Assembly (NCBI GenBank): GCA_964426285.1
Contig: CAYRQA010000002.1
Location: 1 to 36,397 of the forward strand
Length of the DNA: 36,397 nt
Direction of reading: 5' to 3'
Origin: an uncultured Lachnospiraceae bacterium
GTDB taxonomy: Bacteria; Bacillota; Clostridia; Oscillospirales; CAG-272
Shown: one piece after another, positions 26,395 through 33,300 of the stretch
How the letters are laid out: each line of letters opens with the position of its first letter
How positions within the stretch are numbered: position 1 is the first letter of the stretch
Program-made: the position numbers and the translations under genes
The notes under the pieces: model-generated
What the model was told of the DNA's origin: nothing
Databases searched by the model: none
Seen by the model: the letters and a program-made list of their open reading frames with translations, nothing else

Positions 26395-28152
26395 TTAGCA
26401 AGCGGTTCTCTTCTTGGAGATAACTGCTACACCTGCAAGCGCGATCACTGCGATTACAACTGCGAATACAGTAGCATCACCGGTGGGAGCGGGCTTGTTG
26501 TCAGTGCTGGGCTTGTTGTCAGTGCTGGGCTTGTTGCTTTCAGCACTGCCGTCGCCGTCGAGATCGATGTTAACCACAGCGTCTTCAGCGTAGGTGATAA
26601 GAGCTTCCTTGGTTTCGCCCTGGGTTTCATCAACAACAACGTTGTTAGAGCCTACAACAGCTGCATCAACCAGAGTAGCGTCCTCAACAGTCAGACCGTC
26701 AACAGTCAGACCGGTAATGTTCAGCTTAGGTGCGCCGTACTGAGACATACCTTCCATAGTGCCGATGAGGATACCGACTACGGTAGTCTCAGCTGCATCG
26801 ATGGTAACGTTCTTCAGAGTAGCGTTCATATCGGGATGATCGCAGCCCCACCACTTTTCGCCGATGATAGCGCCTGCATGAGTAGCAGCATCAGCAACGA
26901 TGGTAACGTTTTCGAGGGTTACGTTGTCAACGGAACCACGGTTTGCACCGCCGACTACGCCGCCTGCAACAGCAGCAGTGGTGGTCAGCTTGCAATCCTT
27001 CAGAGTAACGTTGAGGATCTGACCCTTAGGATCGTTCGAAAGGGTGTTGGCGATCAGACCTGCAACGGTCTTGTTGTCCATGGGCACGCCTGCGGTGGTA
27101 ACTTCGAGGTTCGAAACGGTGTGGCCGTCGAAGTCGAGAACAAACTTAGCTTCAGCCATGGGGGTGTATTCAACACCGGTCATATCGAGGTCAGCGGTTA
27201 CCTTGATGGTAGCGCCTGCCTTGTAATCAGTGCCCTTCTCGTTCAGACGAGCAGCCAGCAGAGCCAGCTCAGCAGGGTTATCGATGGTCTCGAGAGAAGC
27301 TTCGATAGCTGCTTCTTCAGCGTCAACGCCGTCGCCGCCGATGATAACGGTGATTTTTTCAGCAGTGCTGTCATCCTCGTTAACTTTGCCGGAAGCTACG
27401 AAGGTGGTTTCGGTAACAACGTTTGTAGCTGCTACAATGTCAGCAGTAATGGTAACATTGCTCAGAGCATAGTCGAAGTTGTCGTTAGCGCAGCCAACGA
27501 GCAGACCAACCTGTGCATTTGCAGCGTCGATGGAAACATCAACCTTACCGTCGGTGAGTGCAACGTCGGTGCCTTCGTTGTAGTTCCACATCATGCAACC
27601 GATCAGAGCGCCAACCTTACCGGTGGTGTTGGTGGTGATTTCAACGCCGCCAAGGTTAACGTTGCTCAGATAGCCTCTGTCAGAGGTACCAACAACACCA
27701 ACGTCAACAGCTGCTACGCCTTCAGCAAGGGTAACATTCAGCTTGGAATCCTTAATGGTAACGTTCTTAATGGTCTTGCCGCCCTTAAGGTAGTGCGCAA
27801 GCAGTCCGGAGTAAGCACCGTGCCAGTTTTTGTATGCAACAGCGCTAAAACTGTCGTCAGCAGGAAGTGCATCTACGGCAGAGTTGACGGTCAGATTCTT
27901 AACAGTGTAACCGCCAAAGTCGATGTTTACCGAGAGATTTCCGATAGGTGTGTAAGTCTTGCCCTTGAAGTCAAGGTCAGCGCCAACGGTGACGTCGCCG
28001 CCGGTCCAAGTGCCTGCGTTCATTGCATCAGCAAATGCGATGAATTCGTCAGCGGTGTTGATCGTGTCTGCTTCAGCAGCGAACAGCCCGAAAACGGGAG
28101 CCATGCAGAAAAGCATTGCAGCGACCAGAATGATGGATAGTGTTTTCTTCAT
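26395..28152 (-). CDS. Secreted, C-terminally anchored surface protein: two GLUG-like beta-helix modules, an NKPSTD repeat linker and a sortase-signal-like tail
   Basis: Signal peptide MKKTLSIILVAAMLFCMAPVFGLFA. The module occurs twice (DLDFKGKTYTP..IDFGGYTVKNL..VGVVGTSDRGYLSNV and DLDMTGVEYTP..LDFDGHTVSNL..GGVVGGANRGSVDNV). Tail PAPTGD plus the same TM helix plus KKRTAC as in paralog 1. Confidence 0.85.
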   Translation of the reverse strand: MKKTLSIILVAAMLFCMAPVFGLFAAEADTINTADEFIAFADAMNAGTWTGGDVTVGADLDFKGKTYTPIGNLSVNIDFGGYTVKNLTVNSAVDALPADDSFSAVAYKNWHGAYSGLLAHYLKGGKTIKNVTIKDSKLNVTLAEGVAAVDVGVVGTSDRGYLSNVNLGGVEITTNTTGKVGALIGCMMWNYNEGTDVALTDGKVDVSIDAANAQVGLLVGCANDNFDYALSNVTITADIVAATNVVTETTFVASGKVNEDDSTAEKITVIIGGDGVDAEEAAIEASLETIDNPAELALLAARLNEKGTDYKAGATIKVTADLDMTGVEYTPMAEAKFVLDFDGHTVSNLEVTTAGVPMDNKTVAGLIANTLSNDPKGQILNVTLKDCKLTTTAAVAGGVVGGANRGSVDNVTLENVTIVADAATHAGAIIGEKWWGCDHPDMNATLKNVTIDAAETTVVGILIGTMEGMSQYGAPKLNITGLTVDGLTVEDATLVDAAVVGSNNVVVDETQGETKEALITYAEDAVVNIDLDGDGSAESNKPSTDNKPSTDNKPAPTGDATVFAVVIAVIALAGVAVISKKRTAC

Positions 28153-28201
28153 TTGTTTGTTTCCTCCTACAATATAATTTTCAAACGAAGTTTGTTATCC
28201 T

Positions 28202-28230
28202 ATTTTACCTCAATTTTCACAATTTGTCAA
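28202..28230 (-). promoter_or_regulatory. Consensus sigma-A promoter of surface-protein paralog 2
   Basis: Minus strand: TTGACA (28230-28225), 17-nt spacer, TAAAAT (28207-28202). It is homologous to the promoter/5' UTR of paralog 1. Confidence 0.7.
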
Positions 28231-28388
28231 TACTTTGTTCAATTGTTTTTTGTACAAAAAAGAGTACGCTTTCTTGTGAATTATCACAATTTTTCAAGCT
28301 AATTGCAGAATTCGTCGTAGTTTGCCGACTTTTGTGCATACCGTATTAGTTAATTTTTTAATCGAAAATCGCATTTTCTTTCGATTTT

Positions 28389-28402
28389 CGAACATTTGTT
28401 CA
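28389..28402 (+). promoter_or_regulatory. LexA operator (Firmicute SOS / Cheo box) upstream of lexA
   Basis: CGAACATTTGTTCA compared with the consensus CGAAC-N4-GTTCG (last base differs). It lies about 35 nt upstream of the -10 element. Confidence 0.7.
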
Positions 28403-28432
28403 CAGTTTCTTTACAAATCGCCGCTTTTTTTG

Positions 28433-28441
28433 TGTTATAAT
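28433..28441 (+). promoter_or_regulatory. Extended -10 promoter element of lexA
   Basis: TGTTATAAT (TG-n-TATAAT), about 50 nt upstream of the ATG. The -35 is poor (TTTACA with a 20-nt spacer). Confidence 0.5.
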
Positions 28442-28492
28442 GAAGACACCGCATACAAGCAAATTCCGTCACTCGACGGCAGGAGAATTATT

Positions 28493-29104
28493 ATGGAAAA
28501 ACTCAATTCAAAGGAACAGCGTTTCTACGACTATATCACCGAGACCATCCGCACCGAGGGCTATCCCCCCAGTGTGCGCGACATTCAGCAGGCGCTCTCG
28601 ATCAAATCGACCTCCACCGTACACGCCTACATACAGCGGCTCGAGGAAAAGGGCGCGATCATCAAATCCGACCGCAAGAGCCGCTCCCTGCGCGTCAGCG
28701 ACCCCACCCCGACAAAGCGTGACACCGCGCACATCCCGGTCGTCGGCACGGTCGCCGCAGGTCTGCCCATTCTCGCCGCCGAGAACATCGAAAGCTACAT
28801 CGACGTTCCGCTCACCAAGCGTTCACTGCGCTCGAGCGACCTGTTCGCCCTGCGTGTCAAGGGCGAGAGTATGATCGGTGTCGGCATCATGGACGGCGAT
28901 ATCATCGTCGTGCGCAAGGAATGCGTCGCAGAGGACGGCGAGATCGTCGTTGCACTCATCGGGGACGAAGCGACGGTCAAGACCTTCTATCGGGAGGACG
29001 GCTATTTCCGTCTTCAGCCCGAGAACCCGACCATGGAGCCGATCATCGTCCGCGAAGAGCTGATCATCCTCGGCAAGGTCATCTCGGTCCACCGCTTTTA
29101 TTAA
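28493..29104 (+). CDS. lexA: LexA transcriptional repressor
   Basis: The start was moved to the ATG at 28493, with an AGGAG 7 nt upstream. 203 aa. Winged-helix N-terminus (GYPPSVRDIQQAL), Ala-Gly cleavage site (VAAGLPI), catalytic Ser (KGESM) and Lys (ATVKTF). Confidence 0.95.
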   Translation: MEKLNSKEQRFYDYITETIRTEGYPPSVRDIQQALSIKSTSTVHAYIQRLEEKGAIIKSDRKSRSLRVSDPTPTKRDTAHIPVVGTVAAGLPILAAENIESYIDVPLTKRSLRSSDLFALRVKGESMIGVGIMDGDIIVVRKECVAEDGEIVVALIGDEATVKTFYREDGYFRLQPENPTMEPIIVREELIILGKVISVHRFY

Positions 29105-29116
29105 AGGAGCGCGCGC

Positions 29117-29938
29117 ATGAAGAAAACCAATTCCCCCGCTCTCTTGACCCCCGCCGCCGACCGTTTCCTTAAAAAGTCAGCGCTTCTCTTCGCCTTCATC
29201 CCGCCCCTCGCCGACACGCTCGCCCTCTTTCCGATCATGCAGGCAGTGCTTGCCAACTACGGGCAGGGCGTGCTCTATCAGCTGCTGTCGGTACTTTCAC
29301 AGCTGCTCGGGCTATGCGGCTTCTACGCGATTGTCGCACTGGCAGTCTACTGCGTTTTCGCCGACGCAATCAGCGCCCTCGGCAGAGCGTTCTCCCTGCA
29401 AGGCATCTCCTATCTCGTTTCGGCAGTGCTCCTGCGCACGCTGATGCTCTGGCTGCTTGCCTTGATTAACGACAGCCTGCGCCCCGTCTTCGCCATCAGC
29501 AACTACACCCTCGGCTATTGGACCGACAACGATGGCATGATGCTCATCTGGGCAGCCATTTCACTCTTCATCAACGTCATCGTCATGATGGTGCTGCTGG
29601 CAGTGATCGTCGCGATCGCACTCCTCCTGCGCTACAAACAGAAGGAACGCATCCCGCTCGAAGGGCTCGTCGGCAGCGGTGACGAGGTTTACCCCCGCTT
29701 CACCCTCTGCTTCCGCATCGCCGCACTGATCTACCTCGTTCAGGCGCTCGCCAATCAGGTCTACTCGACGGTCACCTCGGTCGCAGGGCTGGATACCGCC
29801 GAGGTCATTGCCGACCTCGCATCGATCATCTCACCCTACTTCCTGCTCGCGATCTACGCCTTTATCGGCTACTGGGCAATGCACTTCGCCGTCGGTCGGA
29901 TCGCACGCAAGACGCTCGCCCTCTGCAAGGCGGGTTGA
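29117..29938 (+). CDS. Hypothetical polytopic membrane protein co-transcribed with lexA
   Basis: AAGGAG RBS, 12 nt after the lexA stop codon. About 6 hydrophobic segments. No family recognised. A terminator follows. Confidence 0.7.
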   Translation: MKKTNSPALLTPAADRFLKKSALLFAFIPPLADTLALFPIMQAVLANYGQGVLYQLLSVLSQLLGLCGFYAIVALAVYCVFADAISALGRAFSLQGISYLVSAVLLRTLMLWLLALINDSLRPVFAISNYTLGYWTDNDGMMLIWAAISLFINVIVMMVLLAVIVAIALLLRYKQKERIPLEGLVGSGDEVYPRFTLCFRIAALIYLVQALANQVYSTVTSVAGLDTAEVIADLASIISPYFLLAIYAFIGYWAMHFAVGRIARKTLALCKAG

Positions 29939-29961
29939 CCCCCCCATTTTCCGCACGAAAA

Positions 29962-30001
29962 CAGCCGCTCTCGGGTCTCACCGAGGAGCGGCTGTTTTTT
30001 T
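29962..30001 (+). terminator. Rho-independent terminator of the lexA operon
   Basis: CAGCCGCTC..(inner TCGG/CCGA)..GAGCGGCTG, followed by T7. Confidence 0.8.
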
Positions 30002-30038
30002 CTCCGACATTCGTCGATCGCGCAGTCGATCAGCTTGC

Positions 30039-30302
30039 TTACTTCTCGGACTTTACGACCAACTTAATGGCGGTACGCTGTTCATCATTGACAGAAACTT
30101 CTGCAAAGGAGGGTTTGCAGCAGATTTCGATCTGGTCATCTGTCAGGAATGCACCGGCAACTGCGATTGCCTTGACTGCCTGGTTAACGGCACCCGCACC
30201 GATTGCCTGCACTTCCACTTCACCGGATTCACGGATCACACCTGCAATAGCACCTGCTACGAGATTGGGACTGGACTTTGCGGATACTTTCAGAATTTCC
30301 AT
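30039..30302 (-). CDS. spoVS: Stage V sporulation protein S
   Basis: 87 aa. MEILKVSAKSSPNLVAGAIAGVIRE..QAIGAGAVNQAVKAIA..RTAIKLVV closely matches the highly conserved SpoVS sequence. AAGGAG RBS. Confidence 0.95.
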   Translation of the reverse strand: MEILKVSAKSSPNLVAGAIAGVIRESGEVEVQAIGAGAVNQAVKAIAVAGAFLTDDQIEICCKPSFAEVSVNDEQRTAIKLVVKSEK

Positions 30303-30358
30303 CGTTTTTTGTCTCCTTACGTAATTTTTGTGAAAACGCCTTGACGGGTTACACCTAT

Positions 30359-30386
30359 ATTATAACAGATTTCACAAAAAGTGCAA
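30359..30386 (-). promoter_or_regulatory. Candidate promoter of spoVS
   Basis: Minus strand: TTGCAC (30386-30381), 16-nt spacer ending in TGT, TATAAT (30364-30359). Confidence 0.5.
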
Positions 30387-30395
30387 CACTTCTTT

Positions 30396-31175
30396 TCAGA
30401 ACTCCGAAAGTTCTATTCTTGTGACAAGATTCGCGGTCATATTATTGGTATTTATGTCCACTTCGATGCCTTGGAATGTAACTGCGCCCTCTGCGAGCTC
30501 AAATTTGACCGGCATTTTGCACCGGAGCTTGCGAATGATGCAGTCGGTGTCAACACCGAGCGCACTCTCTGTCACCCCGCACATTCCGAGGTCGGTGACG
30601 TATGCACTGCCGCCCGGAAGAATTCTTGCGTCCGCGGTCGGGACATGGGTGTGCGTACCGACGATGACGTTGATTTTACCGTCAAAGCAGTGCGCGAGCG
30701 CAATTTTTTCGGAGGTAGCTTCGGCGTGAATATCCATCAGCGAGAGGTCAAATTTGCCCTCACAGCGCTTCAGAATCTTCTCGACCGTGCGAAAGGGACA
30801 GTCGAGCGCATCCATAAAAACGGTGCCCTGTACATTTATGCACAAAAGCCGCCAACCGTCGCAATCGAGGATCGTGTAGCCCGATCCGGGGTCTTCGTCG
30901 GGATAGTTGGCAGGGCGGATGATCTGATCGCTGTCGTCGAGGAAGGAATAGAGGTCTCGCTTTTGCCAGATGTGGTTGCCGCCCGTGATCACGTCCACCC
31001 CCGATGCGAGCAGCTGCTTCGCGGTAGCCGCCGACAGCCCGTTGCCCGTGTCTGCATTCTCCCCGTTGAGCATTACAAAGGAAATCCCCCGCTCCTTGCG
31101 GATCTTCCAGAGATTTCTGCACAGCTTCTCGGCGGCAACAGGTCCCACCGCATCACCTAAACACAGTATTTTCAT
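30396..31175 (-). CDS. ymdB: YmdB-family metallophosphoesterase (TIGR00282-type 2',3'-cyclic-nucleotide phosphodiesterase)
   Basis: 259 aa. MKILCLGDAVG.., NGENADTGNG, GGNHIW and GTHTHVPTAD metallophosphoesterase motifs. Conserved position between rny and spoVS. Confidence 0.92.
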   Translation of the reverse strand: MKILCLGDAVGPVAAEKLCRNLWKIRKERGISFVMLNGENADTGNGLSAATAKQLLASGVDVITGGNHIWQKRDLYSFLDDSDQIIRPANYPDEDPGSGYTILDCDGWRLLCINVQGTVFMDALDCPFRTVEKILKRCEGKFDLSLMDIHAEATSEKIALAHCFDGKINVIVGTHTHVPTADARILPGGSAYVTDLGMCGVTESALGVDTDCIIRKLRCKMPVKFELAEGAVTFQGIEVDINTNNMTANLVTRIELSEF

Positions 31176-31187
31176 GATTTTCTCCTT

Positions 31188-31278
31188 GCAGGGGTTTCAC
31201 CCCTGCACCCCGGTCGCTTTCTTAAAAGAAAGCGACACAAAGAACTTTCTTGAAGCTCGGCAAATACTTGCCGAGCAG
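31188..31278 (+). repeat. Intergenic hairpin repeat, family 1 copy, directly abutting the ymdB RBS
   Basis: GCAGGGG-tttca-CCCCTGC ACCCCG GTCGCTTTCTT-aaa-AGAAAGCGAC ..AAAGAACTTT.. CTCGGCA-aatact-TGCCGAG. Homologous to 15052, 19869 and 36224. Confidence 0.8.
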
Positions 31279-31342
31279 ATTTGATATTTTCTCCACAAAA
31301 CGCTATTATATTCCGGCGCAACAAGCATTTGTCGCGCCTTAT

Positions 31343-31397
31343 AAAAGTTCTTGAGGGGATTCTTAAGGGGAACTTCTTTCAAGAAGTTCCCCTTAAG
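31343..31397 (+). repeat. Intergenic hairpin repeat, family 2 reference copy
   Basis: AAAAGTTCTTGAGGGGATTCTT-AAGGGGAACTTCTT-tc-AAGAAGTTCCCCTT-AAG. Confidence 0.8.
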
Positions 31398-31517
31398 TTT
31401 CTTATTCGCATATTTCATAATATATCAGGTCGTTGCGTATATGTTCAGTCGGCAAAGCCGAGCCAATCAGCCACTTTACTCTATATTACTCTATATGTGA
31501 AGCCGTAAGGCTGAAAA

Positions 31518-33095
31518 TTATTTAGCGTAGTCAACGGCACGGCTTTCACGCACAACGTTGATCTTGATCTGTCCGGGGTACTTGAGTTCTCCCTCGATCT
31601 TCTGAGCGATCTCTCGCGCAACGAGGATCATCTGCTGATCGGAAACGACCTCGGGTTTTACCATGATACGCACTTCTCTGCCCGCCTGGATTGCGAAGGA
31701 CTTCTCCACACCGGGGAAGCTTTCAGCGATTTCCTCCAGCTTTTGCAGGCGTTTGATGTAGTTTTCAAGATTTTCTCTTCTCGCACCCGGTCTTGCCGCC
31801 GAAATAGCGTCAGCCGCCTGTACGATGAAGGCGATCGGCGTTTTCGGATCTACGTCTCCGTGATGCGCCTCGATCGCGTGAATGATCTCCTTGCTTTCCT
31901 TGTACTTCTTGGCGAGATCAACGCCGATCTGTACATGGCTGCCTTCGGTCTCATGCGTGAGTGCTTTACCGATATCATGGAGCAGACCCGCACGCTTAGC
32001 GACCGTGCTGTCAACGCCCATCTCATCGGCGATCATGCCCGAGAGCAGCGAAACCTCGATCGAATGATCGAGCACGTTCTGACCGTAGCTGGTGCGGTAG
32101 CGCAGGCGTCCGAGGGTCTTGACCAGCTCACCGGGGATACCGTGGATGCCCGTTTCAAAGGTTGCACGCTCGCCTGCCTGTTTGATCGATGCTTCGACTT
32201 CCTTCTTTGCCTTCTCGACCATCTCCTCAATGCGGGCAGGATGGATTCGACCGTCGGCAATGAGCTTCTCGAGCGCCAGTCTTGCAACTTCCCTTCTCAC
32301 GGGATCGAAGCAGGAAACGGTGATCGCCTCGGGGGTATCGTCGATGATGAGATCGACGCCGGTCAGCGTTTCGACGGTGCGGATGTTACGACCTTCACGG
32401 CCGATGATCCGTCCCTTCATGTCATCGTTGGGCAGGGGCACGACCGACACGGTCGCCTCAGCCACATGATCGGATGCCAGCCGCGAGATTGCCAACGAGA
32501 TAATGTTCTTCGCCTTCTCGTCAGCCTCTTCCTTCAGGTTCTCTTCGATCTCCGCGAGTTTCATCGCAGCTTCGTACTTCGCCTGTTCTTCGATCTGTCC
32601 GATGATTTCGGCTTTTGCCTGTTCGACCGTCAGCCCCGACAGCTCCTCCAGCTTTTCGAGCTGCTGCTGCTTGATGGCTTCGAGTTCTTCAGCTTTTGCC
32701 GTGTTGTTTTTGATCTTACTGTCCAATACTTCTTCTTTGCGCTCGAGCTGTTCGATCTTGCGGTCAAGCGTTTCCTCGCGGGCAGCCACACGACGTTCCG
32801 AACGGGTCACCTCGTTGCGTCTGTCCTTGATTTCCTTTTCGCTTTCCTTCTGAGCCTTCATGATCTCTTCTTTGGCTTCGAGCAGCGCTTCTTTTTTCTT
32901 GGTTTCGGCGGCTTTACGAGCGTCTTCGACGATCTTCTTCGCTTCCTGCTCGGCAGATCCGATCTCCGCTTCAGCAATATGCTTGCGGTATCGGATACCG
33001 ACGAGGAAACCGATCACCAGCGTGACGAGACCGGCTGCTGCTGCAATGCCGATCGTGCCGCCTACTGTAATTTCCAACAGTATAGGGTTCAGCAA
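31518..33095 (-). CDS. rny: Ribonuclease Y
   Basis: 525 aa. N-terminal TM helix, a long coiled coil, a KH domain ([12 protein letters not shown]), an HD domain (LLHDIGKA) and a C-terminus ..AVDYAK. TTG start with AGGAGGTG 6 nt upstream. Confidence 0.95.
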   Translation of the reverse strand: MLNPILLEITVGGTIGIAAAAGLVTLVIGFLVGIRYRKHIAEAEIGSAEQEAKKIVEDARKAAETKKKEALLEAKEEIMKAQKESEKEIKDRRNEVTRSERRVAAREETLDRKIEQLERKEEVLDSKIKNNTAKAEELEAIKQQQLEKLEELSGLTVEQAKAEIIGQIEEQAKYEAAMKLAEIEENLKEEADEKAKNIISLAISRLASDHVAEATVSVVPLPNDDMKGRIIGREGRNIRTVETLTGVDLIIDDTPEAITVSCFDPVRREVARLALEKLIADGRIHPARIEEMVEKAKKEVEASIKQAGERATFETGIHGIPGELVKTLGRLRYRTSYGQNVLDHSIEVSLLSGMIADEMGVDSTVAKRAGLLHDIGKALTHETEGSHVQIGVDLAKKYKESKEIIHAIEAHHGDVDPKTPIAFIVQAADAISAARPGARRENLENYIKRLQKLEEIAESFPGVEKSFAIQAGREVRIMVKPEVVSDQQMILVAREIAQKIEGELKYPGQIKINVVRESRAVDYAK

Positions 33096-33184
33096 AATTT
33101 ACACCTCCTTTTGATATTGATATAATCGGTACAAAAATTATAAATCATTTGATTTGAGTCATCTGTACAATTATACACACCGTT

Positions 33185-33213
33185 ATTTTAATCCTTTTCG
33201 GCTGTTCTGTCAA
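33185..33213 (-). promoter_or_regulatory. Consensus sigma-A promoter of rny
   Basis: Minus strand: TTGACA (33213-33208), 17-nt spacer, TAAAAT (33190-33185). Confidence 0.65.
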
Positions 33214-33257
33214 TAGCTATCGGCTCTTTCACAAAAATTTTATATTTTTTTCATATT

Positions 33258-33290
33258 TACAAAAGCAATACCCCGCCGAAAAGCGGGGTA
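33258..33290 (-). terminator. Terminator of the upstream TM/transposase-like gene
   Basis: Minus strand: CCCCGC-uuuucg-GCGGGG, followed by UAUUGCUUUUGU. Confidence 0.6.
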
Positions 33291-33300
33291 AACAGCCTAT

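Noticed and set aside
28274-28289. TTGTGA-atta-TCACAA palindrome between the surface-protein gene and lexA, considered as a Rex or CRP/FNR operator
   Set aside because: Rex and CRP sites have TGTGA-N6-TCACA spacing, whereas here the spacing is N4. The palindrome is not close to either promoter. No Rex-like box is present upstream of pflB, the gene where one would be expected.
28360-28386. Palindromes AATCGAAA...TTTCGATT and GAAAAT-cgc-ATTTTC just upstream of the lexA SOS box, considered as additional LexA boxes
   Set aside because: Neither the half-site sequence (GAAA/TTTC rather than GAAC/GTTC) nor the spacing fits the Cheo box. I note them as possible structure only.
31470-31500. Short direct repeat TACTCTATAT x2 and weak hairpins downstream of the rny stop codon, considered as a terminator or regulatory repeat
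   Set aside because: The stems are only 4-5 bp with no U-tract, and the direct repeat is short, AT-rich and unique. It cannot be distinguished from chance.
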